Positions 8,528-17,783 of a DNA stretch of 46,336 nucleotides are shown here, in pieces. A model generated the notes under the pieces. The model made no database searches, had not been told where the DNA came from, and saw only the letters and a list, made by a program, of their open reading frames with translations. A program made the translations under genes and the position numbers. Source of the stretch: Marinobacter sp. (GTDB lineage Bacteria; Pseudomonadota; Gammaproteobacteria; Pseudomonadales; Oleiphilaceae); the NCBI GenBank assembly GCA_035497695.1, contig DATJDA010000128.1, positions 1-46,336 on the forward strand. The letters run 5' to 3'. Position 1 is the first letter of the stretch. Each line of letters begins with the position of its first letter.

Positions 8528-9511
8528 ATGTCTCAGCACAAGAAAACCATCGTAACCGTACTCACTACACCGTCAGAAGCGGAACTGCCCGGGCTGGATG
8601 CAGTGAAGGAGCGGGCAGAAGTGCGGTTCGCTCATAACGAAGAAACCTTGCGAAAAGCACTACCGGGTACAGAGGTCTTGATGGTTGCGGACTTTCGTAC
8701 CGCCGCACTCGAGGCAGCCTGGCCCTCTGCCGACAAACTCCGGTGGATTCACGCCACCAGTGCCGGAGTCGATGCGCTGATGTTCCCGGCACTGGTGAAC
8801 AGCGATGTTGTTGTTACCAACGCACGGGGCATTTTCGACCGCACCATTGCTGAATACGTACTCTGCACCATTTTGATGTTTGCCAAAGACTTCCCCAATG
8901 CCATCCGCTTGCAGATGAAGCACACATGGAAACACCGGGATACCGAGCGTGCAGAAGGCCAGCGGGTATTGGTGGTTGGCGCGGGCTCTATTGGCCGCCA
9001 GATCGGGCGCCTTGTGGCCGCAGCCGGGCTTGAACCCCACGGTATAGCCAGAACAGCCCGCCAGGAAGATCCTGATTTTGTAGCGGTGCATGGCAATGAG
9101 GAACTCTACGAGCAGCTTGGCCATGCCGACTATGTGGTTATTGCCGCACCCCTGACGCCACAAACTGAAGGTCTGTTTGATAAAGCGGCGTTCAAAGCCA
9201 TGAAAAACACCGCTCGCCTGATCAACATTGGCCGTGGCCCGATTGTAAAAACCAGTGATCTGATTGCTGCACTGAATAACGGTGACATCGCCGGAGCCGG
9301 GCTGGATGTGTTTGAAGAAGAGCCACTACCGGCAGATCACCCGTTGTGGGATATGGAGAACGTGATTATAACCGCTCACATGGCTGGTGATTTTATCGGC
9401 TGGAAGCAGGCACTAATCAGGCAGTTCGTGGAAAACCTTGAGCACTGGAGTCAGGGGAAAGAGTTGTTCAATCTGGTGAATAAAAAACTTGGTTATGCGG
9501 GTAGCAAGTAA
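8528..9511 (+). CDS. D-isomer-specific 2-hydroxyacid dehydrogenase
   Basis: Motifs SAGVD, TNARG, GAGSIG, INIGRG, LDVFEEEPL and TAHMAG. RBS GGAGG. Confidence 0.92.
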   Translation: MSQHKKTIVTVLTTPSEAELPGLDAVKERAEVRFAHNEETLRKALPGTEVLMVADFRTAALEAAWPSADKLRWIHATSAGVDALMFPALVNSDVVVTNARGIFDRTIAEYVLCTILMFAKDFPNAIRLQMKHTWKHRDTERAEGQRVLVVGAGSIGRQIGRLVAAAGLEPHGIARTARQEDPDFVAVHGNEELYEQLGHADYVVIAAPLTPQTEGLFDKAAFKAMKNTARLINIGRGPIVKTSDLIAALNNGDIAGAGLDVFEEEPLPADHPLWDMENVIITAHMAGDFIGWKQALIRQFVENLEHWSQGKELFNLVNKKLGYAGSK

Positions 9512-9512
9512 G

Positions 9513-9536
9513 GGGTCAGAGCCTTAGCTCTGACCC
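9513..9536. repeat. Perfect palindrome (REP-like hairpin) between convergent genes
   Basis: GGGTCAGAGC-CTTA-GCTCTGACCC, a 10-bp perfect stem with no U-tract on either side. Confidence 0.6.
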
Positions 9537-9543
9537 AGGTTCA

Positions 9544-10209
9544 CTAGCTTCCGGACAACGATTGCTTTGTTGTATCTACTTCCATTTGCTGTATCGCAAT
9601 GACCGCCTGGGTCCGGTTACGAACCCCCAGCTTCCGGAAAACAGCCGTGATATGGGCCTTGATGGTTGCTTCAGAGACATCCAGTTCGTAAGCAATCTGC
9701 TTATTTAGAAGCCCTTCTGCAAGCATGCCCAGAACCCGGAACTGTTGTGGGGTCAAGGATGCAAGTTTCTCGGAAAAATCCGTGGTGTCGGGATCCATTC
9801 GCTCAATTTTGTCTGCCACGCCCACAGGCAGCCAGACATCTCCCTCCAGCACGGCACGAATTGCCTGGGTAATGGTGGGCAGTGGCGCCGACTTTGGAAT
9901 AAAGCCAGACGCCCCGTAATCGATTGAGCGACGCATTACCTGTAATTCCTCTGAGCCTGACACCACCACCACCGGCAACCCCGGATACTGCCCGCGCATA
10001 AACACCAGACCAGAGAACCCGTATGCCCCGGGCATATTCAGGTCCAGCAAGATCAGGTCAGCATCCATATGCGATTCTATCGCCGCCTGCAGTGACTTGA
10101 TGCTGTCAACCTCAACTGTCCTGGCATCAGGTACTGCCTGATTCACCGCCTGTTTCAAGGCAGCCCTGAACAGCGGGTGATCATCAGCAACGATAATAGT
10201 TTGTGTCAT
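9544..10209 (-). CDS. erdR: NarL/LuxR-family response regulator, CrbR/ErdR type (acs activator)
   Basis: ADDHPLFR, LLDLNMPGAYGFSGLVFMRGQYP and GASGFIPKS match what I recall of Pseudomonas ErdR/CrbR. LuxR HTH LTPQQ...NKQIAYEL. Lies directly downstream of acs. Confidence 0.8.
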   Translation of the reverse strand: MTQTIIVADDHPLFRAALKQAVNQAVPDARTVEVDSIKSLQAAIESHMDADLILLDLNMPGAYGFSGLVFMRGQYPGLPVVVVSGSEELQVMRRSIDYGASGFIPKSAPLPTITQAIRAVLEGDVWLPVGVADKIERMDPDTTDFSEKLASLTPQQFRVLGMLAEGLLNKQIAYELDVSEATIKAHITAVFRKLGVRNRTQAVIAIQQMEVDTTKQSLSGS

Positions 10210-10249
10210 TCAACAGCTTCCTTACAGATCCACAGCCTGTCGCCAGGCT

Positions 10250-12199
10250 TTATTTGAACGCACGACCGCTGATAAGATCATCAACCACACTTGGGTCTGC
10301 CAGAGTAGAGGTGTCTCCCAACTGGTCATGCTCGTTTGCCGCAATTTTACGCAAAATACGACGCATAATCTTGCCTGAGCGGGTTTTGGGCAAATCGACA
10401 GCCCACTGGATAATATCTGGCGTGGCAATTGGCCCGATTTCCTTACGCACCCACTGAATCAGCTCTTTTTTCAGTTCGTCAGTTGGCTCCTCACCTTGCA
10501 TCAGAGTGACATAAACATAAATGCCCTGCCCTTTAAGCTCGTGCGGATAACCGACAACCGCAGCCTCAGCCACTTTGTTGTGCGCGATCAATGCACTCTC
10601 AACCTCGGCAGTGCCCAAACGGTGGCCGGATACGTTCAGTACATCGTCTACCCTGCCAGTAATCCAGTAGTAGCCATCGCTGTCGCGACGTGCGCCGTCA
10701 CCGCTGAAATACATGCCCCGGTATGCACTGAAGTAGGTTTGTCTGAAGCGTTCGTGATCGCCAAAAATGGTGACCATCTGGCCAGGCCAACTATCCAGAA
10801 TAACCAGATTACCTTCAGCTACACCCTCCAGCAGGTTGCCTTCATTATCTACCAGCCCGGGCTTAACACCAAAGAACGGCAGTGTAGCCGAACCGGGTTT
10901 CAGATCGATTGCACCAGGCAAGGCGGTAATCAGAATGCCGCCATTTTCGGTCTGCCACCAGGTATCCACAACCGGGCACTTACCGTTACCCATAACCCGG
11001 TGGTACCACTCCCAAGCCTCCGGGTTTATCGGTTCGCCCACTGAACCCAGCAATTTCAGGCTGCTCCGGGTAGTGCCCGCGACGGCTGCATCACCCTCAG
11101 CCTTTAGCGCACGAATAGCCGTTGGCGCAGTGTAAAGAATATTAACTTTGTGCTTGTCAACCACCTGAGCCATACGGGAAATATCCGGATAGTTCGGAAC
11201 ACCCTCAAACAGCAAGGTAGTAGCGCCGTTAGCCAGCGGCCCATACAAAATATAACTGTGGCCGGTAACCCAGCCGAAGTCGGCAGTACACCAGTACACA
11301 TCGCCCTCGTGGTAGTCGAATACATACTGGTGGGTCATAGCCACATACGTCATGTAACCACCGGTAGCGTGCAGAACACCCTTGGGTGCTCCGGTAGAAC
11401 CGGAGGTATAAAGCATGAACAGCGGATCGGTAGAGTTCATGGGCTCTGGTGCGCAATCTTCTGATGCATTTTTCATCAGATCTTCGTAGCGCACATCTAT
11501 TTTGTCATTCCAGGCGATGCTTTCAGAGCCTGTGTGGGTAACAACCACAACCTTCTGAACGCCGCCAGCACCGTCAATTTTTAACGCTGCATCAACATTT
11601 TTCTTCAGTTGAATCTTACGGCCACCACGAAGACCTTCGTCTGCCGTGATCACATGATGAGAGTTGCCATTTTTTATCCGCGACGCCAAAGCTTCTGGCG
11701 AGAAACCTGCAAAAACAACCGAGTGGATAGCGCCAATCCGCGCGCAGGCCAGCATAACGACGGCGGTCTCAACAATCATCGGCATGTAAATAGTAACCAC
11801 ATCGCCTTTCTTTACGCCCATACCTTTAAGAACGTTGGCAAATTTACAGGTTTCCCTGTGTAGCTCACGGTAGGTAACGTGGCGGGAATCAGCCGGATCG
11901 TCGCCTTCAAAGATAATTGCCGTCTGGTTACCGCGCTTTTCAAGATGGCGGTCCAGGCAGTTTGCAGAGGCATTTAACTGGCCGTCTTCAAACCACTTAA
12001 CAGACAGGTTGTCATAATCGAAGGTGGTGTTTTTAACCTTGGTGTAAGGCTTGATCCAGTCAAGCCGCTTACCATGCTCGCCCCAGAAAGCGTCTGGGTT
12101 TTCTATAGATTGACGATACATTTCATCGTATTGCTGACGATTTACAAAAGCTCGGCCGGCTACCTCTTGGCTTACCGGATATAGTTTTTCATCTGTCAT
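10250..12199 (-). CDS. acs: Acetyl-CoA synthetase
   Basis: Motifs [42 protein letters not shown] and [11 protein letters not shown] (acetylation lysine); 649 aa. Confidence 0.97.
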   Translation of the reverse strand: MTDEKLYPVSQEVAGRAFVNRQQYDEMYRQSIENPDAFWGEHGKRLDWIKPYTKVKNTTFDYDNLSVKWFEDGQLNASANCLDRHLEKRGNQTAIIFEGDDPADSRHVTYRELHRETCKFANVLKGMGVKKGDVVTIYMPMIVETAVVMLACARIGAIHSVVFAGFSPEALASRIKNGNSHHVITADEGLRGGRKIQLKKNVDAALKIDGAGGVQKVVVVTHTGSESIAWNDKIDVRYEDLMKNASEDCAPEPMNSTDPLFMLYTSGSTGAPKGVLHATGGYMTYVAMTHQYVFDYHEGDVYWCTADFGWVTGHSYILYGPLANGATTLLFEGVPNYPDISRMAQVVDKHKVNILYTAPTAIRALKAEGDAAVAGTTRSSLKLLGSVGEPINPEAWEWYHRVMGNGKCPVVDTWWQTENGGILITALPGAIDLKPGSATLPFFGVKPGLVDNEGNLLEGVAEGNLVILDSWPGQMVTIFGDHERFRQTYFSAYRGMYFSGDGARRDSDGYYWITGRVDDVLNVSGHRLGTAEVESALIAHNKVAEAAVVGYPHELKGQGIYVYVTLMQGEEPTDELKKELIQWVRKEIGPIATPDIIQWAVDLPKTRSGKIMRRILRKIAANEHDQLGDTSTLADPSVVDDLISGRAFK

Positions 12200-12325
12200 T
12201 GTATTGTACTCCCCCTTTTGTAGAGTCTGTTGTCATTGTCATTTTTTGGAATACAGAATGGTTGACCCTTGATAATTCCTGGGACGAATTGCCTTAGTTC
12301 ACCATGTAGACCACTAAACAATGAA

Positions 12326-12342
12326 TTAGACTATCGTCCTAA
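12326..12342. promoter_or_regulatory. Putative CrbR/ErdR operator upstream of acs
   Basis: Imperfect palindrome TTAGAC-TATC-GTCCTAA about 130 bp upstream of the acs start. It resembles the GAC-N4-GTC core I recall for CrbR sites. Confidence 0.5.
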
Positions 12343-12494
12343 CAGACCGGTACTTTTTCTTGGTTCTCCCGATAACATACGATAAAACAAAGGTAAGTTG
12401 TACGGAGTGAGGCTGTTATTTAAGAATAGCCTGAACAGAGCCAATCGCAATCGGGCCGTCGGGGCTGAAGAGTGGCTGGTCACAAAGAAGGGAG

Positions 12495-12535
12495 CCGGCC
12501 TGTAGCCTGGCGCGCAATGCCAGATTACAGACCGG
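12495..12535 (-). terminator. Hairpin, probable terminator of the fatty acyl-CoA reductase gene
   Basis: On the minus strand CCGGTCTGTAATCTGGC-loop-GCCAGGCTACAGGCCGG (about 17-bp stem with G-U pairs and one mismatch), followed by CTCCCTTCTTTG. It lies 15 bp after the stop. Confidence 0.5.
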
Positions 12536-12550
12536 ATAAAGTCAGGCCTG

Positions 12551-14089
12551 TTAAGCTGCTTTTTCCTGTTTTTTAACTGACCGTAAACGAGCCAGCTTCT
12601 GTTCTTTAAGCCCGTAGTGATTCAGCCCGGCAAGGTGGATCTTGCGAAGGTAAATGGCCCAGTCAATCTGACGGGCATCAACCGGGAAAAGCACGTTATC
12701 GACCGTACTCATGCGTGCAGCCAGTGCAAGCAGTTCGTCATTGCGGAAGATATAGTCCGGTGCCGTATAAAACCCGAAGATTGTTGCCAGAGAACGAGTG
12801 GTCTCCAGATTCCGAAGCGCTTTCAACTCACCGTCCTGCCCCAGCATTTTAAGTAGTCGCGCGGTAATACCAAGCGGTATACGTGCACCGTTAACCAGCG
12901 CATCAAATATCCTGCGGTTTATTGCAATAAACGGCTTGGTGGGTTGCCTGCGGAACAGGTGCTTGTAGCTTGCGTAGTTGGCCTTGGCTTCCGCCAGCAG
13001 GTGATCAATAAACTCACCAATCAAAACCGGGTTCGAGCTCCCGCTGCAGCATTGATAAATACGACGCCGCGGTGGCTCTGAAAGAGCTTCAGCCAGAGAC
13101 AGGATGATCGTATTGGCAACCAGATCAACCGGAATGACATCGACAACCCCTGAACGTTTGCCAGGGAACACAGATACCTTTTCACGGGCATAGGCGAGGA
13201 TGATGGCATCGGCCACTTTAACTCCCTCAATCCAGCCGGGTACAGGCTCCTCAAGGGCACTTTCAATAATGGACGGGCGAATGATTGTCAGTGGCCGGCC
13301 AGAGAGCGCCTTCATGAGTAACTGCTCACCCAGCCACTTGGTAAAGGTGTAGGTATCGCTCCAGCCGTACCGGTTGGCTTCGCGAATACCAAGCTCCACC
13401 AGTTTTTTCTCTAGCGTTTTCCCGGAGTGGTGCGAATAAAGATCTGCAATTTTGCCTTCCAGCAATTCCACCAGTCCGTCAATTTCATAATAGCCATCGG
13501 TGCTGCGGGGAATTGGTTCACCGGCGGGTTTAATAACTGACTCGGTAACCTGCCCCGAATTAATTCCATTCACATAGCAGGTGGAAACCTGCAGCACAGC
13601 CAGGCCATTGTTCTGGCGGGCCAATTCGGCAATGTTATCCAGGCACAGGGTGTTAATAGCCAGTGCTTTATCCAGCTCTTCACGAAAATTCACACTGGCG
13701 GCAGAGTTAATGACCGCATCAAGACTGTCTGCCAGTTTTTTGAAATGTTCCGGGGTCAGGCCAAACAGATGCTCCGTAACTTCACCGGTTACACAGTGAA
13801 TACGCTTTTCCATGAAGCGCTCAAGTGCCCCGGCATCCTGCTCGCGCAGACGGTCAAACACAGAAGACGTGGCAATCTCATTCAGAAACCGGCTACGGGC
13901 GTCGGGGTATTGCTTGTTTCCCCGAATCAGCAAATGGATACCACCGATTTCCGGGACAGCACGAATCAGCTTTTCCAGCACCACCTTGCCAAGGAAACCG
14001 GTTGTACCGGTGATAAGGATATGTTTTCCCCGAAGTCGTTCAAGTACCTTCGATGATGGATCTTCAGTGTTACGCTGCGATGTTGTCAT
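12551..14089 (-). CDS. Alcohol-forming fatty acyl-CoA reductase (Maqu_2220/FarA type; wax ester synthesis)
   Basis: ITGTTGFLGKV, INSAASVNF, VSTCYV, YTFTK (YxxxK), RPSIIES and PGWIEG, with a C-terminal FAR_C/Sterile domain. Start set at ATG 14089 after RBS GAAGGAG (the ORF track gives 14107). Confidence 0.92.
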   Translation of the reverse strand: MTTSQRNTEDPSSKVLERLRGKHILITGTTGFLGKVVLEKLIRAVPEIGGIHLLIRGNKQYPDARSRFLNEIATSSVFDRLREQDAGALERFMEKRIHCVTGEVTEHLFGLTPEHFKKLADSLDAVINSAASVNFREELDKALAINTLCLDNIAELARQNNGLAVLQVSTCYVNGINSGQVTESVIKPAGEPIPRSTDGYYEIDGLVELLEGKIADLYSHHSGKTLEKKLVELGIREANRYGWSDTYTFTKWLGEQLLMKALSGRPLTIIRPSIIESALEEPVPGWIEGVKVADAIILAYAREKVSVFPGKRSGVVDVIPVDLVANTIILSLAEALSEPPRRRIYQCCSGSSNPVLIGEFIDHLLAEAKANYASYKHLFRRQPTKPFIAINRRIFDALVNGARIPLGITARLLKMLGQDGELKALRNLETTRSLATIFGFYTAPDYIFRNDELLALAARMSTVDNVLFPVDARQIDWAIYLRKIHLAGLNHYGLKEQKLARLRSVKKQEKAA

Positions 14090-14224
14090 GGGAAAGCTCC
14101 TTCTCAATTATATGGTTAATCTTTGCACAACTTCCGTGATGGTGCGGTGACACACAGCAAAGTTACGACACATAAAACGCTAATAAAATGACAAAAAAAC
14201 AGACAGACCTTTACAGGCACAGAC

Positions 14225-15529
14225 TCAGGAGCGGTTTCTCTCGTTAGCCGCCAGTGCGCGCAGAAGCTGGTCCAGTGAAACATCTGCAGGGTGCTCTTTC
14301 AGGGCACGAACCAGACGATCCTGCTCGCCAAAGCTGACTTTGTCATAAACGGGCTCAGGCAAGGCCGGCAATGTCTGAGCTGCAGAAGACACAACACCCT
14401 GTTGGGGCGAGATATCGTCAGCCAGGTGCCTGAGATGCTCCGCCAGGTTTTTCCGATGATTGTCGTCCATACTTTCCCATGCCAGCGAACCCAGGCCGGT
14501 CTGGATAATCTCCACTGTATCACTATCCAGCCTGGCACCCAGAAGCTTGAACAGCCGGGTAAAGATTTCGTAGCGCAGCATGGCGCTCTCAGGCATTTCC
14601 GCCAACACGGTTTCAAGTTCACCCACGGCATTCTGCCATCGCTCACGAAGACTCGCTGGCCGTGATGAGCCGGCTTCTGCTTTCGCTTTTTGGTGACGGC
14701 TTGAAACCTGATGCCAATACGCTGCAATGCCCGCTCTTCCTGGTGGTAGCTGCGACAGGCGCACGTTGAGCATATCCGCCAGAGTATGAAACTGGCGGCA
14801 GGAGGGATCTGTTACTGGCAGTAGCGCAACCGGCGTCTGATTCAATACCGACTGACGCAAGGTCTCATCTCGCCAGATCCCCCCCATGTAGTGGAGCGAA
14901 ATGCCAAGATGACGTTGAGCAGCAGAATCAAGGCGCTGAAATACTGAACGCGCCTGACTCGCTCCCTGAGCCATATTAACAAGAATACTGGGTGTTCTTT
15001 TATACCCCCGGCGCCGGATTACTTTAATCAGCGAAAAAGCATCCGTCAGTGAGGCCGGGTCTGGGGTAATAACAATACAGGCAAGCTCTGCTGCAGCAAC
15101 CATGTGAAGACCAACTGCCTGTAAACCGGCTGCCGTATCCACAATTACATAATCATAGTGGCTTTCAAGCTGAGACAGTTCCCGCAGTACACGCAGGCTG
15201 TCCGCCACGTTCATATCCATGCACTCCTGCACGCCAGATGCACCCGGTATTATGTGCAGCCCGTAATCTGTTTCCAGCAGAATGTCTTGAAGGGGAGATT
15301 TGCCAGCTATAACATGGGCCAGCGTCTTGCGGGGATACAATCCCACCATGATACTGACGTTCGCAAGATCTGTGTCACCATCGAGTAATAACACCCGCTT
15401 ATTGCCGCGCGCCAGGGTCAGTGCAAGATTCAGAGCAACCGACGTTTTACCAACACCACCTTTGCCACCGGTAATGGCAATGGTCCTTGGTCGGTGTAAA
15501 GTATTTCTTACTGGCGCCCTGGCAGTCAT
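14225..15529 (-). CDS. MinD/FlhG(FleN)-family ATPase with a long C-terminal extension
   Basis: Deviant Walker A TGGKGGVGKT, LLDGDTDLAN, VDTAAG, TPDPASLTDAFSLIK and LVNM, plus about 170 extra C-terminal residues. Start is 15529 or 15538. Confidence 0.85.
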   Translation of the reverse strand: MTARAPVRNTLHRPRTIAITGGKGGVGKTSVALNLALTLARGNKRVLLLDGDTDLANVSIMVGLYPRKTLAHVIAGKSPLQDILLETDYGLHIIPGASGVQECMDMNVADSLRVLRELSQLESHYDYVIVDTAAGLQAVGLHMVAAAELACIVITPDPASLTDAFSLIKVIRRRGYKRTPSILVNMAQGASQARSVFQRLDSAAQRHLGISLHYMGGIWRDETLRQSVLNQTPVALLPVTDPSCRQFHTLADMLNVRLSQLPPGRAGIAAYWHQVSSRHQKAKAEAGSSRPASLRERWQNAVGELETVLAEMPESAMLRYEIFTRLFKLLGARLDSDTVEIIQTGLGSLAWESMDDNHRKNLAEHLRHLADDISPQQGVVSSAAQTLPALPEPVYDKVSFGEQDRLVRALKEHPADVSLDQLLRALAANERNRS

Positions 15530-15776
15530 AATCGGCAATCTACTTCTATGATTTTGCGAATTTTATGAATTTTACCCTGTAAAAAGTATACACATATCAC
15601 AACTTAGGTAATAAGTTGCTTAAAAAAGCAACGATAAGTGTTTAATAGTGACGGAATATTGTCTAAGCTCATTCCTCAACAATAAGAATGAACACAGCGT
15701 CAGACACTAACCCAAGATACTTAAACCACTTTGTACGAATGAACAATTCTACCGAAGTGCGCAGCGGGCAAGCTTT

Positions 15777-17759
15777 ATGCGTGTAGCTCCTGATCTACAG
15801 TTACCCAGTCTCCCGGAGATAACTCTGCGGGCGCTTGAGGCGTGTCATCAGGATGAAAGCTACCGCACTATAAGCCACATTGTGTCTGCTGACACTGCCC
15901 TGGTTGTCCGCATACTCGCTCTTGCCAATTCCGCCCTTTACGGTCCGATAGCCCAGATAAAATCTGTTGATCAGGCATTACTCCGGCTTGGCACAAGGCG
16001 ATTTCATACTCTGGTTCTAACCGCAGCTTTGCGTCAGCTTCTGTTCGATCTTGGTGGCGACGAGTGGCAGCAGTTACGGGATTTCTGGCGCCACTCACTG
16101 ACCACAGCTTTAACAGCGCGGGCTTTGGCAACTCTGACCCGCTACCCTGAGCCCGACGAAGCCTTTATGTTAGGCATGCTCCACAACATTGGCGAACTGA
16201 TCGCCATTAAAACACCGGCTGTGGAAGCCAAGCAGCACTACTTTAACCATCAGTCTGACATTGCTGCAGATCTGGTTACAGCCTGGGGGCTCGGCCCCAT
16301 GGCTTCCGATGCCATGCGCTATCAGCAGGCACTACCCAGTGAAATACAAGATGCCGGGCACTTGGTCAAGCTGATTAGTCTGGCTACCCGCCTGGCTCTG
16401 TCAGATGCGGCCGGTATTGCAGCGGCAGCAACGGTTTTTGGCCTGAGTGAAGATCTGACCCGGGAAATCAATCGTCGTATTGAACACGAAGTGTCCGGAA
16501 TAGCAACGTCCATGGGGATTCCGCTTGAGGACGATTACAACGGCAACAATGCAACACTACAACTGAAGCAGACCATTTTACGTCAGGCCCTGACCAGCGA
16601 GGCCATGGGTCTTGCCGATCTGAGCGGTACAGCAGATGCCATTCTGGCAGAAACGGTTAACAGCCTGACCCTCATTACCGGCCTGCCGGCTCTTTGCTTT
16701 GCCCATACGGAAGACAATCTCGTTCTGCTGTCAGGAACAATCGGAGACATTCCCCACCTCTCTGTTCCTGGCCAGCCCGGTGGCAGTGTATTAACCGAGG
16801 CTTTTGCCTCCGGGCAGCAAGTGCATCTTGGCAAGCGCACACCTACAGTTCTTGACCGCCAGCTCTTATCACTGCTGCGGGCACCTTCCTTGCTCGCCGT
16901 GCCGATTCTCAGCGGTGGCCACTGCTCGAGCGTCTTCGCTCTGGGCACCGAGGAGGAAAATCTGGAAGCAACCGTTGAGTTGGCTCAGATTTTTGCGGTT
17001 CAGCTTTCCAGAGTTTTGGGTGACCAGTCACCGGCTGTCACAAGCTCAAATATGAATGATCAGCTTGACGATGAATTCGCGCGCGAGCGGATGCGCATGC
17101 AGATACACGAAGTCAGCAACCCGCTCACCATCGTCCGCCAGTATATTTATCAACTCCGCAACCGCCTTGAAGATACACAAGTTCAGCAGGAGCTGGATGT
17201 TATCCGCGAAGAGCTTGACCGGGCGGGCAATCTCTTGCTGCAAATGAGTCATAATGGCAACACTCCGCAGGATACCGAAGGCCTTGAGCTGAACGACGAA
17301 CTCAAAAGCCTGTCGCGAATACTGGAAGACAGCCTGTTTACCGATAACTCACGACAACTCGACGTGGTACTCTGCGAGCAATCGACGGCTATTGCCGCAA
17401 ATGCATCATCCATTCGTCAGATTGTGATCAATCTTGTACGCAATGCGGCAGAAAGCCTCGCCGAAGCAGGAGGTCGGGTGGAAATACGAACCTCAGCTCC
17501 GGTATGGCAGAGTAATCGCAGTTGGGTAGAACTGGAAATTACCGACACCGGCGCGGGTATACCTGATGACGTCAGAAAATCGCTGTTCGCGCCGGCGAAA
17601 ACCACGAAAGGTAAAGGCCACAGCGGTTTGGGCCTGAGTATTGTAAAACAACTTATTGATGACATGGAGGGCATCATTGCTTGTCGTACGGGGCAGGAAG
17701 GCACCAGCTTTCGAATTCTGCTACCGGTGGCAAGCGATAACAATAACAAGACAGACTGA
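15777..17759 (+). CDS. Cytoplasmic HDOD-(GAF-like)-histidine kinase
   Basis: HDOD motifs LPSLPE, LANSA, FWRHSL and GMLHNIGEL. H-box HEVSNPL, N-box NLVRNAAE, G1 DTGAGI and G2 GHSGLGL. No obvious TM segment. Confidence 0.88.
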   Translation: MRVAPDLQLPSLPEITLRALEACHQDESYRTISHIVSADTALVVRILALANSALYGPIAQIKSVDQALLRLGTRRFHTLVLTAALRQLLFDLGGDEWQQLRDFWRHSLTTALTARALATLTRYPEPDEAFMLGMLHNIGELIAIKTPAVEAKQHYFNHQSDIAADLVTAWGLGPMASDAMRYQQALPSEIQDAGHLVKLISLATRLALSDAAGIAAAATVFGLSEDLTREINRRIEHEVSGIATSMGIPLEDDYNGNNATLQLKQTILRQALTSEAMGLADLSGTADAILAETVNSLTLITGLPALCFAHTEDNLVLLSGTIGDIPHLSVPGQPGGSVLTEAFASGQQVHLGKRTPTVLDRQLLSLLRAPSLLAVPILSGGHCSSVFALGTEEENLEATVELAQIFAVQLSRVLGDQSPAVTSSNMNDQLDDEFARERMRMQIHEVSNPLTIVRQYIYQLRNRLEDTQVQQELDVIREELDRAGNLLLQMSHNGNTPQDTEGLELNDELKSLSRILEDSLFTDNSRQLDVVLCEQSTAIAANASSIRQIVINLVRNAAESLAEAGGRVEIRTSAPVWQSNRSWVELEITDTGAGIPDDVRKSLFAPAKTTKGKGHSGLGLSIVKQLIDDMEGIIACRTGQEGTSFRILLPVASDNNNKTD

Positions 17760-17783
17760 CACAGAGATAACGGACACAGACCG

